Program-made: the position numbers and the translations under genes | NCBI RefSeq assembly: GCF_009914755.1 | Contig: NC_060937.1 | DNA: 64,000 bases | Direction: 5' to 3' (one strand) | DNA from: the human T2T-CHM13v2.0 reference genome, Homo sapiens | Notes under the pieces: generated by a model | The model's input: only the letters and a program-made list of their open reading frames with translations | Database searches by the model: none | What the model was told of the DNA's origin: nothing | In this document: piece by piece, positions 23,001-35,682 of the stretch | How positions within the stretch are numbered: the first letter of the stretch is position 1 | Layout: each line of letters begins with the position of its first letter

Positions 23001-26000
23001 TATTGGAAGACGTTTCCTTTTCACCAAAGGCATCAAAGCGCTCCAAATGTCCACTTCCAGATTCTTCCAAAAGAGTGTTTGAAACGTGCTCAAAGTAAGG
23101 GAATGTTCAACTCTGTGACTTGAATGCAGATATCACCAAGTAGTTTCTAATAGTGCTTCTGTCTAGATTTTAGATGATGATATTCCCGTTTCCAACGAAA
23201 TCGTTAGAGGTATCCAAATATCCACTTACAGTTGCTACAAAAACAGTGTTTCCAAACTGCTGCATCAAAAGAAAGGTTCAACTCTGTTAGTTGAGGACAC
23301 ACGTCACAAAGGGTGTTTGTGAGAATGCTTCTGTCTAGATTTTGTATGACGATATTCCCTTTTCCAACGATATCGTTAAAGCAATCTAAATATCCATTTG
23401 CAGAATCCACAAAAATAGAGTTTCAAAGCTGCTCTGTAAAAAGAAAGGTTCCACTCTGTTAGCTGAGTACACACATCACAAACTTGTTTCTCAGAATCCT
23501 TCTGTCTCGTTTTTATGGGAAGATATTTACTTTTTCACCGTAGGCATCAAAGCGCTCCAAATGTCCACATCCAGATACTCCAGAAAGAGTGTTTCAAACC
23601 TGCTCTATGAAAGGGAATCTTCAACTCTATGAGTTGAATGCAGACATCAGAAAGAAATTTCTGAGAATGCTGCTGTCTACCTTTTATTTGAATTCCCGCT
23701 TCCAACGAAATCCTCCAAGCTATCCAAATATCCACTTGCAGATTCCACAAAAAGAGTGTTTCAAAACTGCTCTCTATCAATGGCAAAGTTCAACTCTGTT
23801 AGTTGAGGACACATATCACCAACAAGTTTCTGAGAATGCTTCTGTCTATTTTTTATGGGAAGATATTTCCTTTTTCACCGTAGGCGTCAAGGCGATCGAA
23901 ATGTCCACTTCCACAAACTACAAAAAGAGTGTTTCAAACCTGCTCTATGAAAGGCCATGTTCATCTCTATGAGTCGAATGGAAATATCCGAAAGAAATTT
24001 CTGGGAATGCTGCTGTCTAGTTTTTATACGAATTCCCGCTTCCAACGAAATCCTCAAAGCAATCCAAATATCCACTTGCAGAATCCACAAAAAGAGTGTT
24101 TCAAAACTGCTCTATCAATAGAAAGGTTCAACTCTTTTAGTTGAGTACACACATCACAAACAAGTTTCTGAGAATGCTTCTGTCTGGCTTTTATTGGAAG
24201 ACGTTTCCTTTTCACCAAAGGCATCAAAGCGCTCCAAATGTCCACTTCCAGATTCTTCCAAAAGAGTGTTTGAAACGTGCTCAAAGTAAGGGAATGTTCA
24301 ACTCTGTGACTTGAATGCAGATATCACCAAGTAGTTTCTAATAGTGCTTCTGTCTAGATTTTAGATGATGATATTCCCGTTTCCAACGAAATCGTTAGAG
24401 CTATCCAAATATCCACTTACAGTTTCTACAAAAAGAGTGTTTCCAAACTGCTGCATCAAAAGAAAGGTTCAACTCTGTTAGTTGAGGACACACATCACAA
24501 AGAAGTTTGTGAGAATGCTTCTGTCTAGATTTTGTATGACCATATTCCCTTTTCCAGCGATATCATTAAAGCAATCTAAATATCCATTTGCAGAATCCAC
24601 AAAAATAGAGTTTCAAAGCTGCTCTGTAAAAAGAAAGGTTCCACTCTGTTAGCTGAGTACACACATCACAAACTTGTTTCTGAGAATCCTTCTGTCTCGT
24701 TTTTATGGGAAGATATTTACTTTTTCACCGTAGGCATCAAAGCGCTCCAAATGTCCACATCCAGATACTCCAGAAAGAGTGTTTCAAACCTGCTCTATGA
24801 AAGGGAATCTTCAACTCTATGAGTTGAATGCAGACATCAGAAAAAATTTCTGAGAATGCTGCTGTCTACCTTTTATTTGAACTCCCGCTTCCAACGAAAT
24901 CCTCCAAGCTATCCAAATATCCACTTGCATTTTCCACAAAAAGAGTGCTTCAAAACTGCTCTATCAATAAATGTTCAACTCCTTTAGCTGGGTGCACACA
25001 TCACAAACAAGTTTCTGAGAATGCTTCTGTCTAGTTTTTATGGGAAGACATTCCCTTTTTCACCAAAGGCATCAAAGCGCTCCAAATGTCCACTTCCAGA
25101 CACTACAAAAAGAGTGTTTCCAACGTGCTCTAAGAAAGCGAATGTTCAACTCTGTGACTTGAATGCAGATATCACAAAGTAGTTTCTGAGAGGGCTTCTG
25201 TCTAGATTTTAGATGATGATATTCCCGTTTCCAACGAAATCATTAGAGCTATCCAAATATCCACTTACAGTTTCTACAAAAAGAGTGTTTCCAAACTGCT
25301 GCATCAAAAGAGAGGTTCCACTCTGTTAGCTGAGTACACACATCACAAACTTGTTTCTGAGAATCCTTCTGTGTCGTTTTTATGGGAAGATATTTACTTT
25401 TTCACCGTAGGCATCAAAGCGCTCCAAATGTCCACATCCAGATACTCCAGAAAGAGTGTTTCAAACCTGCTCTATGAAAGGGAATCTTCAACTCTATGAG
25501 TTGAATGCAGACATCAGAAAGAAATTTCTGAGAATGCTGCTGTCTACCTTTTATTTGAATTCCCGCTTCCAACGAAATCCTCCAAGCTATCCAAATATCC
25601 ACTTGCAGATTCCACAAAAAGAGTGTTTCAAAACTGCTCTCTATCAATGGCAAAGTTCAACTCTGTTAGTTGAGGACACATATCACCAACAAGTTTCTGA
25701 GAATGCTTCTGTCTATTTTTTATGGGAAGATATTTCCTTTTTCACCGTAGGCGTCAAGGCGATCGAAATGTCCACTTCCACAAACTACAAAAAGAGTGTT
25801 TCAAACCTGCTCTATGAAAGGCCATGTTCATCTCTATGAGTCGAATGGAAATATCCGAAAGAAATTTCTGGGAATGCTGCTGTCTAGTTTTTATACGAAT
25901 TCCCGCTTCCAACGAAATCCTCAAAGCAATCCAAATATCCACTTGCAGAATCCACAAAAAGAGTGTTTCAAAACTGCTCTATCAATAGAAAGGTTCAACT

Positions 26001-26502
26001 CTTTTAGTTGAGTACACACATCACAAACAAGTTTCTGAGAATGCTTCTGTCTGGCTTTTATTGGAAGACGTTTCCTTTTCACCAAAGGCATCAAAGCGCT
26101 CCAAATGTCCACTTCCAGATTCTTCCAAAAGAGTGTTTGAAACGTGCTCAAAGTAAGGGAATGTTCAACTCTGTGACTTGAATGCAGATATCACCAAGTA
26201 GTTTCTAATAGTGCTTCTGTCTAGATTTTAGATGATGATATTCCCGTTTCCAACGAAATCGTTAGAGCTATCCAAATATCCACTTACAGTTTCTACAAAA
26301 AGAGTGTTTCCAAACTGCTGCATCAAAAGAAAGGTTCAACTCTGTTAGTTGAGGACACACATCACAAAGAAGTTTGTGAGAATGCTTCTGTCTAGATTTT
26401 GTATGACCATATTCCCTTTTCCAGCGATATCATTAAAGCAATCTAAATATCCATTTGCAGAATCCACAAAAATAGAGTTTCAAAGCTGCTCTGTAAAAAG
26501 AA

Positions 26503-29500
26503 AGGTTCCACTCTGTTAGCTGAGTACACACATCACAAACTTGTTTCTCAGAATCCTTCTGTCTCGTTTTTATGGGAAGATATTTACTTTTTCACCGTAG
26601 GCATCAAAGCGCTCCAAATGTCCACATCCAGATACTCCAGAAAGAGTGTTTCAAACCTGCTCTATGAAAGGGAATCTTCAACTCTATGAGTTGAATGCAG
26701 ACATCAGAAAGAAATTTCTGAGAATGCTGCTGTCTACCTTTTATTTGAATTCCCGCTTCCAACGAAATCCTCCAAGCTATCCAAATATCCACCTGCATTT
26801 TCCACAAAAAGAGCGTTTCAAAACTGCTCTATCAATAGAAATGTTCAACTCCTTTGGCTGGGTACACACATCACAAACAAGTTTCTGAGAATGCTTCTGT
26901 CTAGTTTTTATGGGAAGACATTCCCTTTTTCACCAAAGGCATCAAAGCGCTCCAAATGTCCACTTCCAGACACTACAAAAAGAGTGTTTCCAACGTGCTC
27001 TAAGAAAGCGAATGTTCAACTCTGTGACTTGAATGCAGATATCACAAAGTAGTTTCTGAGAGGGCTTCTGTCTAGATTTTAGATGATGATATTCCCGTTT
27101 CCAACGAAATCATTAGAGCTATCCAAATATCCACTTACAGTTTCTACAAAAAGAGTGTTTCCAAACTGCTGCATCAAAAGAGAGGTTCCACTCTGTTAGC
27201 TGAGTACACACATCACAAACTTGTTTCTCAGAATCCTTCTGTCTCGTTTTTCTGGGAAGATATTTACTTTTTCACCGTAGGCATCAAAGCGCTCCAAATG
27301 TCCACATCCAGATACTCCAGAAAGAGTGTTTCAAACCTGCTCTATGAAAGGGAATCTTCAACTCTATGAGTTGAATGCAGACATCAGAAAGAAATTTCTG
27401 AGAATGCTGCTGTCTACCTTTTATTTGAATTCCCGCTTCCAACGAAATCCTCCAAGCTATCCAAATATCCACTTGCAGATTCCACAAAAAGAGTGTTTCA
27501 AAACTGCTCTCTATCAATGGCAAAGTTCAACTCTGTTAGTTGAGGACACATATCACCAACAAGTTTCTGAGAATGCTTCTGTCTATTTTTTATGGGAAGA
27601 TATTTCCTTTTTCACCGTAGGCGTCAAGGCGATCGAAATGTCCACTTCCACAAACTACAAAAAGAGTGTTTCAAACCTGCTCTATGAAAGGCCATGTTCA
27701 TCTCTATGAGTCGAATGGAAATATCCGAAAGAAATTTCTGGGAATGCTGCTGTCTAGTTTTTATACGAATTCCCGCTTCCAACGAAATCCTCAAAGCAAT
27801 CCAAATATCCACTTGCAGAATCCACAAAAAGAGTGTTTCAAAACTGCTCTATCAATAGAAAGGTTCAACTCTTTTAGTTGAGTACACACATCACAAACAA
27901 GTTTCTGAGAATGCTTCTGTCTGGCTTTTATTGGAAGACGTTTCCTTTTCACCAAAGGCATCAAAGCGCTCCAAATGTCCACTTCCAGATTCTTCCAAAA
28001 GAGTGTTTGAAACGTGCTCAAAGTAAGGGAATGTTCAACTCTGTGACTTGAATGCAGATATCACCAAGTAGTTTCTAATAGTGCTTCTGTCTAGATTTTA
28101 GATGATGATATTCCCGTTTCCAACGAAATCGTTAGAGCTATCCAAATATCCACTTACAGTTGCTACAAAAACAGTGTTTCCAAACTGCTGCATCAAAAGA
28201 AAGGTTCAACTCTGTTAGTTGAGGACACACGTCACAAAGAAGTTTGTGAGAATGCTTCTGTCTAGATTTTGTATGACGATATTCCCTTTTCCAACGATAT
28301 CGTTAAAGCAATCTAAATATCCATTTGCAGAATCCACAAAAATAGAGTTTCAAAGCTGCTCTGTAAAAAGAAAGGTTCCACTCTGTTAGCTGAGTACACA
28401 CATCACAAACTTGTTTCTCAGAATCCTTCTGTCTCGTTTTTCTGGGAAGATATTTACTTTTTCACCGTAGGCATCAAAGCGCTCCAAATGTCCACATCCA
28501 GATACTCCAGAAAGAGTGTTTCAAACCTGCTCTATGAAAGGGAATCTTCAACTCTATGAGTTGAATGCAGACATCAGAAAGAAATTTCTGAGAATGCTGC
28601 TGTCTACCTTTTATTTGAATTCCCGCTTCCAACGAAATCCTCCAAGCTATCCAAATATCCACTTGCAGATTCCACAAAAAGAGTGTTTCAAAACTGCTCT
28701 CTATCAATGGCAAAGTTCAACTCTGTTAGTTGAGGACACATATCACCAACAAGTTTCTGAGAATGCTTCTGTCTATTTTTTATGGGAAGATATTTCCTTT
28801 TTCACCGTAGGCGTCAAGGCGATCGAAATGTCCACTTCCACAAACTACAAAAAGAGTGTTTCAAACCTGCTCTATGAAAGGCCATGTTCATCTCTATGAG
28901 TCGAATGGAAATATCCGAAAGAAATTTCTGGGAATGCTGCTGTCTAGTTTTTATACGAATTCCCGCTTCCAACGAAATCCTCAAAGCAATCCAAATATCC
29001 ACTTGCAGAATCCACAAAAAGAGTGTTTCAAAACTGCTCTATCAATAGAAAGGTTCAACTCTTTTAGTTGAGTACACACATCACAAACAAGTTTCTGAGA
29101 ATGCTTCTGTCTGGCTTTTATTGGAAGACGTTTCCTTTTCACCAAAGGCATCAAAGCGCTCCAAATGTCCACTTCCAGATTCTTCCAAAAGAGTGTTTGA
29201 AACGTGCTCAAAGTAAGGGAATGTTCAACTCTGTGACTTGAATGCAGATATCACCAAGTAGTTTCTAATAGTGCTTCTGTCTAGATTTTAGATGATGATA
29301 TTCCCGTTTCCAACGAAATCGTTAGAGCTATCCAAATATCCACTTACAGTTTCTACAAAAAGAGTGTTTCCAAACTGCTGCATCAAAAGAAAGGTTCAAC
29401 TCTGTTAGTTGAGGACACACATCACAAAGAAGTTTGTGAGAATGCTTCTGTCTAGATTTTGTATGACCATATTCCCTTTTCCAGCGATATCATTAAAGCA

Positions 29501-32500
29501 ATCTAAATATCCATTTGCAGAATCCACAAAAATAGAGTTTCAAAGCTGCTCTGTAAAAAGAAAGGTTCCACTCTGTTAGCTGAGTACACACATCACAAAC
29601 TTGTTTCTCAGAATCCTTCTGTCTCGTTTTTATGGGAAGATATTTACTTTTTCACCGTAGGCATCAAAGCGCTCCAAATGTCCACATCCAGATACTCCAG
29701 AAAGAGTGTTTCAAACCTGCTCTATGAAAGGGAATCTTCAACTCTATGAGTTGAATGCAGACATCAGAAAGAAATTTCTGAGAATGCTGCTGTCTACCTT
29801 TTATTTGAATTCCCGCTTCCAACGAAATCCTCCAAGCTATCCAAATATCCACCTGCATTTTCCACAAAAAGAGCGTTTCAAAACTGCTCTATCAATAGAA
29901 ATGTTCAACTCCTTTGGCTGGGTACACACATCACAAACAAGTTTCTGAGAATGCTTCTGTCTAGTTTTTATGGGAAGACATTCCCTTTTTCACCAAAGGC
30001 ATCAAAGCGCTCCAAATGTCCACTTCCAGACACTACAAAAAGAGTGTTTCCAACGTGCTCTAAGAAAGCGAATGTTCAACTCTGTGACTTGAATGCAGAT
30101 ATCACAAAGTAGTTTCTGAGAGGGCTTCTGTCTAGATTTTAGATGATGATATTCCCGTTTCCAACGAAATCATTAGAGCTATCCAAATATCCACTTACAG
30201 TTTCTACAAAAAGAGTGTTTCCAAACTGCTGCATCAAAAGAGAGGTTCCACTCTGTTAGCTGAGTACACACATCACAAACTTGTTTCTCAGAATCCTTCT
30301 GTCTCGTTTTTATGGGAAGATATTTACTTTTTCACCGTAGGCATCAAAGCGCTCCAAATGTCCACATCCAGATACTCCAGAAAGAGTGTTTCAAACCTGC
30401 TCTATGAAAGGGAATCTTCAACTCTATGAGTTGAATGCAGACATCAGAAAGAAATTTCTGAGAATGCTGCTGTCTACCTTTTATTTGAATTCCCGCTTCC
30501 AACGAAATCCTCCAAGCTATCCAAATATCCACTTGCAGATTCCACAAAAAGAGTGTTTCAAAACTGCTCTCTATCAATGGCAAAGTTCAACTCTGTTAGT
30601 TGAGGACACATATCACCAACAAGTTTCTGAGAATGCTTCTGTCTATTTTTTATGGGAAGATATTTCCTTTTTCACCGTAGGCGTCAAGGCGATCGAAATG
30701 TCCACTTCCACAAACTACAAAAAGAGTGTTTCAAACCTGCTCTATGAAAGGCCATGTTCATCTCTATGAGTCGAATGGAAATATCCGAAAGAAATTTCTG
30801 GGAATGCTGCTGTCTAGTTTTTATACGAATTCCCGCTTCCAACGAAATCCTCAAAGCAATCCAAATATCCACTTGCAGAATCCACAAAAAGAGTGTTTCA
30901 AAACTGCTCTATCAATAGAAAGGTTCAACTCTTTTAGTTGAGTACACACATCACAAACAAGTTTCTGAGAATGCTTCTGTCTGGCTTTTATTGGAAGACG
31001 TTTCCTTTTCACCAAAGGCATCAAAGCGCTCCAAATGTCCACTTCCAGATTCTTCCAAAAGAGTGTTTGAAACGTGCTCAAAGTAAGGGAATGTTCAACT
31101 CTGTGACTTGAATGCAGATATCACCAAGTAGTTTCTAATAGTGCTTCTGTCTAGATTTTAGATGATGATATTCCCGTTTCCAACGAAATCGTTAGAGCTA
31201 TCCAAATATCCACTTACAGTTGCTACAAAAACAGTGTTTCCAAACTGCTGCATCAAAAGAAAGGTTCAACTCTGTTAGTTGAGGACACACGTCACAAAGA
31301 AGTTTGTGAGAATGCTTCTGTCTAGATTTTGTATGACGATATTCCCTTTTCCAACGATATCGTTAAAGCAATCTAAATATCCATTTGCAGAATCCACAAA
31401 AATAGAGTTTCAAAGCTGCTCTGTAAAAAGAAAGGTTCCACTCTGTTAGCTGAGTACACACATCACAAACTTGTTTCTCAGAATCCTTCTGTCTCGTTTT
31501 TATGGGAAGATATTTACTTTTTCACCGTAGGCATCAAAGCGCTCCAAATGTCCACATCCAGATACTCCAGAAAGAGTGTTTCAAACCTGCTCTATGAAAG
31601 GGAATCTTCAACTCTATGAGTTGAATGCAGACATCAGAAAGAAATTTCTGAGAATGCTGCTGTCTACCTTTTATTTGAATTCCCGCTTCCAACGAAATCC
31701 TCCAAGCTATCCAAATATCCACTTGCAGATTCCACAAAAAGAGTGTTTCAAAACTGCTCTCTATCAATGGCAAAGTTCAACTCTGTTAGTTGAGGACACA
31801 TATCACCAACAAGTTTCTGAGAATGCTTCTGTCTATTTTTTATGGGAAGATATTTCCTTTTTCACCGTAGGCGTCAAGGCGATCGAAATGTCCACTTCCA
31901 CAAACTACAAAAAGAGTGTTTCAAACCTGCTCTATGAAAGGCCATGTTCATCTCTATGAGTCGAATGGAAATATCCGAAAGAAATTTCTGGGAATGCTGC
32001 TGTCTAGTTTTTATACGAATTCCCGCTTCCAACGAAATCCTCAAAGCAATCCAAATATCCACTTGCAGAATCCACAAAAAGAGTGTTTCAAAACTGCTCT
32101 ATCAATAGAAAGGTTCAACTCTTTTAGTTGAGTACACACATCACAAACAAGTTTCTGAGAATGCTTCTGTCTGGCTTTTATTGGAAGACGTTTCCTTTTC
32201 ACCAAAGGCATCAAAGCGCTCCAAATGTCCACTTCCAGATTCTTCCAAAAGAGTGTTTGAAACGTGCTCAAAGTAAGGGAATGTTCAACTCTGTGACTTG
32301 AATGCAGATATCACCAAGTAGTTTCTAATAGTGCTTCTGTCTAGATTTTAGATGATGATATTCCCGTTTCCAACGAAATCGTTAGAGCTATCCAAATATC
32401 CACTTACAGTTTCTACAAAAAGAGTGTTTCCAAACTGCTGCATCAAAAGAAAGGTTCAACTCTGTTAGTTGAGGACACACATCACAAAGAAGTTTGTGAG

Positions 32501-35500
32501 AATGCTTCTGTCTAGATTTTGTATGACCATATTCCCTTTTCCAGCGATATCATTAAAGCAATCTAAATATCCATTTGCAGAATCCACAAAAATAGAGTTT
32601 CAAAGCTGCTCTGTAAAAAGAAAGGTTCCACTCTGTTAGCTGAGTACACACATCACAAACTTGTTTCTCAGAATCCTTCTGTCTCGTTTTTCTGGGAAGA
32701 TATTTACTTTTTCACCGTAGGCATCAAAGCGCTCCAAATGTCCACATCCAGATACTCCAGAAAGAGTGTTTCAAACCTGCTCTATGAAAGGGAATCTTCA
32801 ACTCTATGAGTTGAATGCAGACATCAGAAAGAAATTTCTGAGAATGCTGCTGTCTACCTTTTATTTGAATTCCCGCTTCCAACGAAATCCTCCAAGCTAT
32901 CCAAATATCCACCTGCATTTTCCACAAAAAGAGCGTTTCAAAACTGCTCTATCAATAGAAATGTTCAACTCCTTTGGCTGGGTACACACATCACAAACAA
33001 GTTTCTGAGAATGCTTCTGTCTAGTTTTTATGGGAAGACATTCCCTTTTTCACCAAAGGCATCAAAGCGCTCCAAATGTCCACTTCCAGACACTACAAAA
33101 AGAGTGTTTCCAACGTGCTCTAAGAAAGCGAATGTTCAACTCTGTGACTTGAATGCAGATATCACAAAGTAGTTTCTGAGAGGGCTTCTGTCTAGATTTT
33201 AGATGATGATATTCCCGTTTCCAACGAAATCATTAGAGCTATCCAAATATCCACTTACAGTTTCTACAAAAAGAGTGTTTCCAAACTGCTGCATCAAAAG
33301 AGAGGTTCCACTCTGTTAGCTGAGTACACACATCACAAACTTGTTTCTCAGAATCCTTCTGTCTCGTTTTTCTGGGAAGATATTTACTTTTTCACCGTAG
33401 GCATCAAAGCGCTCCAAATGTCCACATCCAGATACTCCAGAAAGAGTGTTTCAAACCTGCTCTATGAAAGGGAATCTTCAACTCTATGAGTTGAATGCAG
33501 ACATCAGAAAGAAATTTCTGAGAATGCTGCTGTCTACCTTTTATTTGAATTCCCGCTTCCAACGAAATCCTCCAAGCTATCCAAATATCCACTTGCAGAT
33601 TCCACAAAAAGAGTGTTTCAAAACTGCTCTCTATCAATGGCAAAGTTCAACTCTGTTAGTTGAGGACACATATCACCAACAAGTTTCTGAGAATGCTTCT
33701 GTCTATTTTTTATGGGAAGATATTTCCTTTTTCACCGTAGGCGTCAAGGCGATCGAAATGTCCACTTCCACAAACTACAAAAAGAGTGTTTCAAACCTGC
33801 TCTATGAAAGGCCATGTTCATCTCTATGAGTCGAATGGAAATATCCGAAAGAAATTTCTGGGAATGCTGCTGTCTAGTTTTTATACGAATTCCCGCTTCC
33901 AACGAAATCCTCAAAGCAATCCAAATATCCACTTGCAGAATCCACAAAAAGAGTGTTTCAAAACTGCTCTATCAATAGAAAGGTTCAACTCTTTTAGTTG
34001 AGTACACACATCACAAACAAGTTTCTGAGAATGCTTCTGTCTGGCTTTTATTGGAAGACGTTTCCTTTTCACCAAAGGCATCAAAGCGCTCCAAATGTCC
34101 ACTTCCAGATTCTTCCAAAAGAGTGTTTGAAACGTGCTCAAAGTAAGGGAATGTTCAACTCTGTGACTTGAATGCAGATATCACCAAGTAGTTTCTAATA
34201 GTGCTTCTGTCTAGATTTTAGATGATGATATTCCCGTTTCCAACGAAATCGTTAGAGCTATCCAAATATCCACTTACAGTTGCTACAAAAACAGTGTTTC
34301 CAAACTGCTGCATCAAAAGAAAGGTTCAACTCTGTTAGTTGAGGACACACGTCACAAAGAAGTTTGTGAGAATGCTTCTGTCTAGATTTTGTATGACGAT
34401 ATTCCCTTTTCCAACGATATCATTAAAGCAATCTAAATATCCATTTGCAGAATCCACAAAAATAGAGTTTCAAAGCTGCTCTGTAAAAAGAAAGGTTCCA
34501 CTCTGTTAGCTGAGTACACACATCACAAACTTGTTTCTCAGAATCCTTCTGTCTCGTTTTTATGGGAAGATATTTACTTTTTCACCGTAGGCATCAAAGC
34601 GCTCCAAATGTCCACATCCAGATACTCCAGAAAGAGTGTTTCAAACCTGCTCTATGAAAGGGAATCTTCAACTCTATGAGTTGAATGCAGACATCAGAAA
34701 GAAATTTCTGAGAATGCTGCTGTCTACCTTTTATTTGAATTCCCGCTTCCAACGAAATCCTCCAAGCTATCCAAATATCCACTTGCAGATTCCACAAAAA
34801 GAGTGTTTCAAAACTGCTCTCTATCAATGGCAAAGTTCAACTCTGTTAGTTGAGGACACATATCACCAACAAGTTTCTGAGAATGCTTCTGTCTATTTTT
34901 TATGGGAAGATATTTCCTTTTTCACCGTAGGCGTCAAGGCGATCGAAATGTCCACTTCCACAAACTACAAAAAGAGTGTTTCAAACCTGCTCTATGAAAG
35001 GCCATGTTCATCTCTATGAGTCGAATGGAAATATCCGAAAGAAATTTCTGGGAATGCTGCTGTCTAGTTTTTATACGAATTCCCGCTTCCAACGAAATCC
35101 TCAAAGCAATCCAAATATCCACTTGCAGAATCCACAAAAAGAGTGTTTCAAAACTGCTCTATCAATAGAAAGGTTCAACTCTTTTAGTTGAGTACACACA
35201 TCACAAACAAGTTTCTGAGAATGCTTCTGTCTGGCTTTTATTGGAAGACGTTTCCTTTTCACCAAAGGCATCAAAGCGCTCCAAATGTCCACTTCCAGAT
35301 TCTTCCAAAAGAGTGTTTGAAACGTGCTCAAAGTAAGGGAATGTTCAACTCTGTGACTTGAATGCAGATATCACCAAGTAGTTTCTAATAGTGCTTCTGT
35401 CTAGATTTTAGATGATGATATTCCCGTTTCCAACGAAATCGTTAGAGCTATCCAAATATCCACTTACAGTTGCTACAAAAACAGTGTTTCCAAACTGCTG

Positions 35501-35682
35501 CATCAAAAGAAAGGTTCAACTCTGTTAGTTGAGGACACACGTCACAAAGAAGTTTGTGAGAATGCTTCTGTCTAGATTTTGTATGACGATATTCCCTTTT
35601 CCAACGATATCGTTAAAGCAATCTAAATATCCATTTGCAGAATCCACAAAAATAGAGTTTCAAAGCTGCTCTGTAAAAAGAA
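26503..35682. repeat. Super-HOR of 3060 bp (18 monomers, bSS) x3
   Basis: b-type ORF starts at 26646, 29706 and 32766, each followed by two 7-mer blocks. Confidence 0.8.

Noticed and set aside
23204-25034. Unique-looking ORFs at 23204-23410 and 24828-25034 (also 50807-50998)
   Set aside because: They arise from local indels or SNVs that shift frames or remove stops in ordinary satellite sequence.
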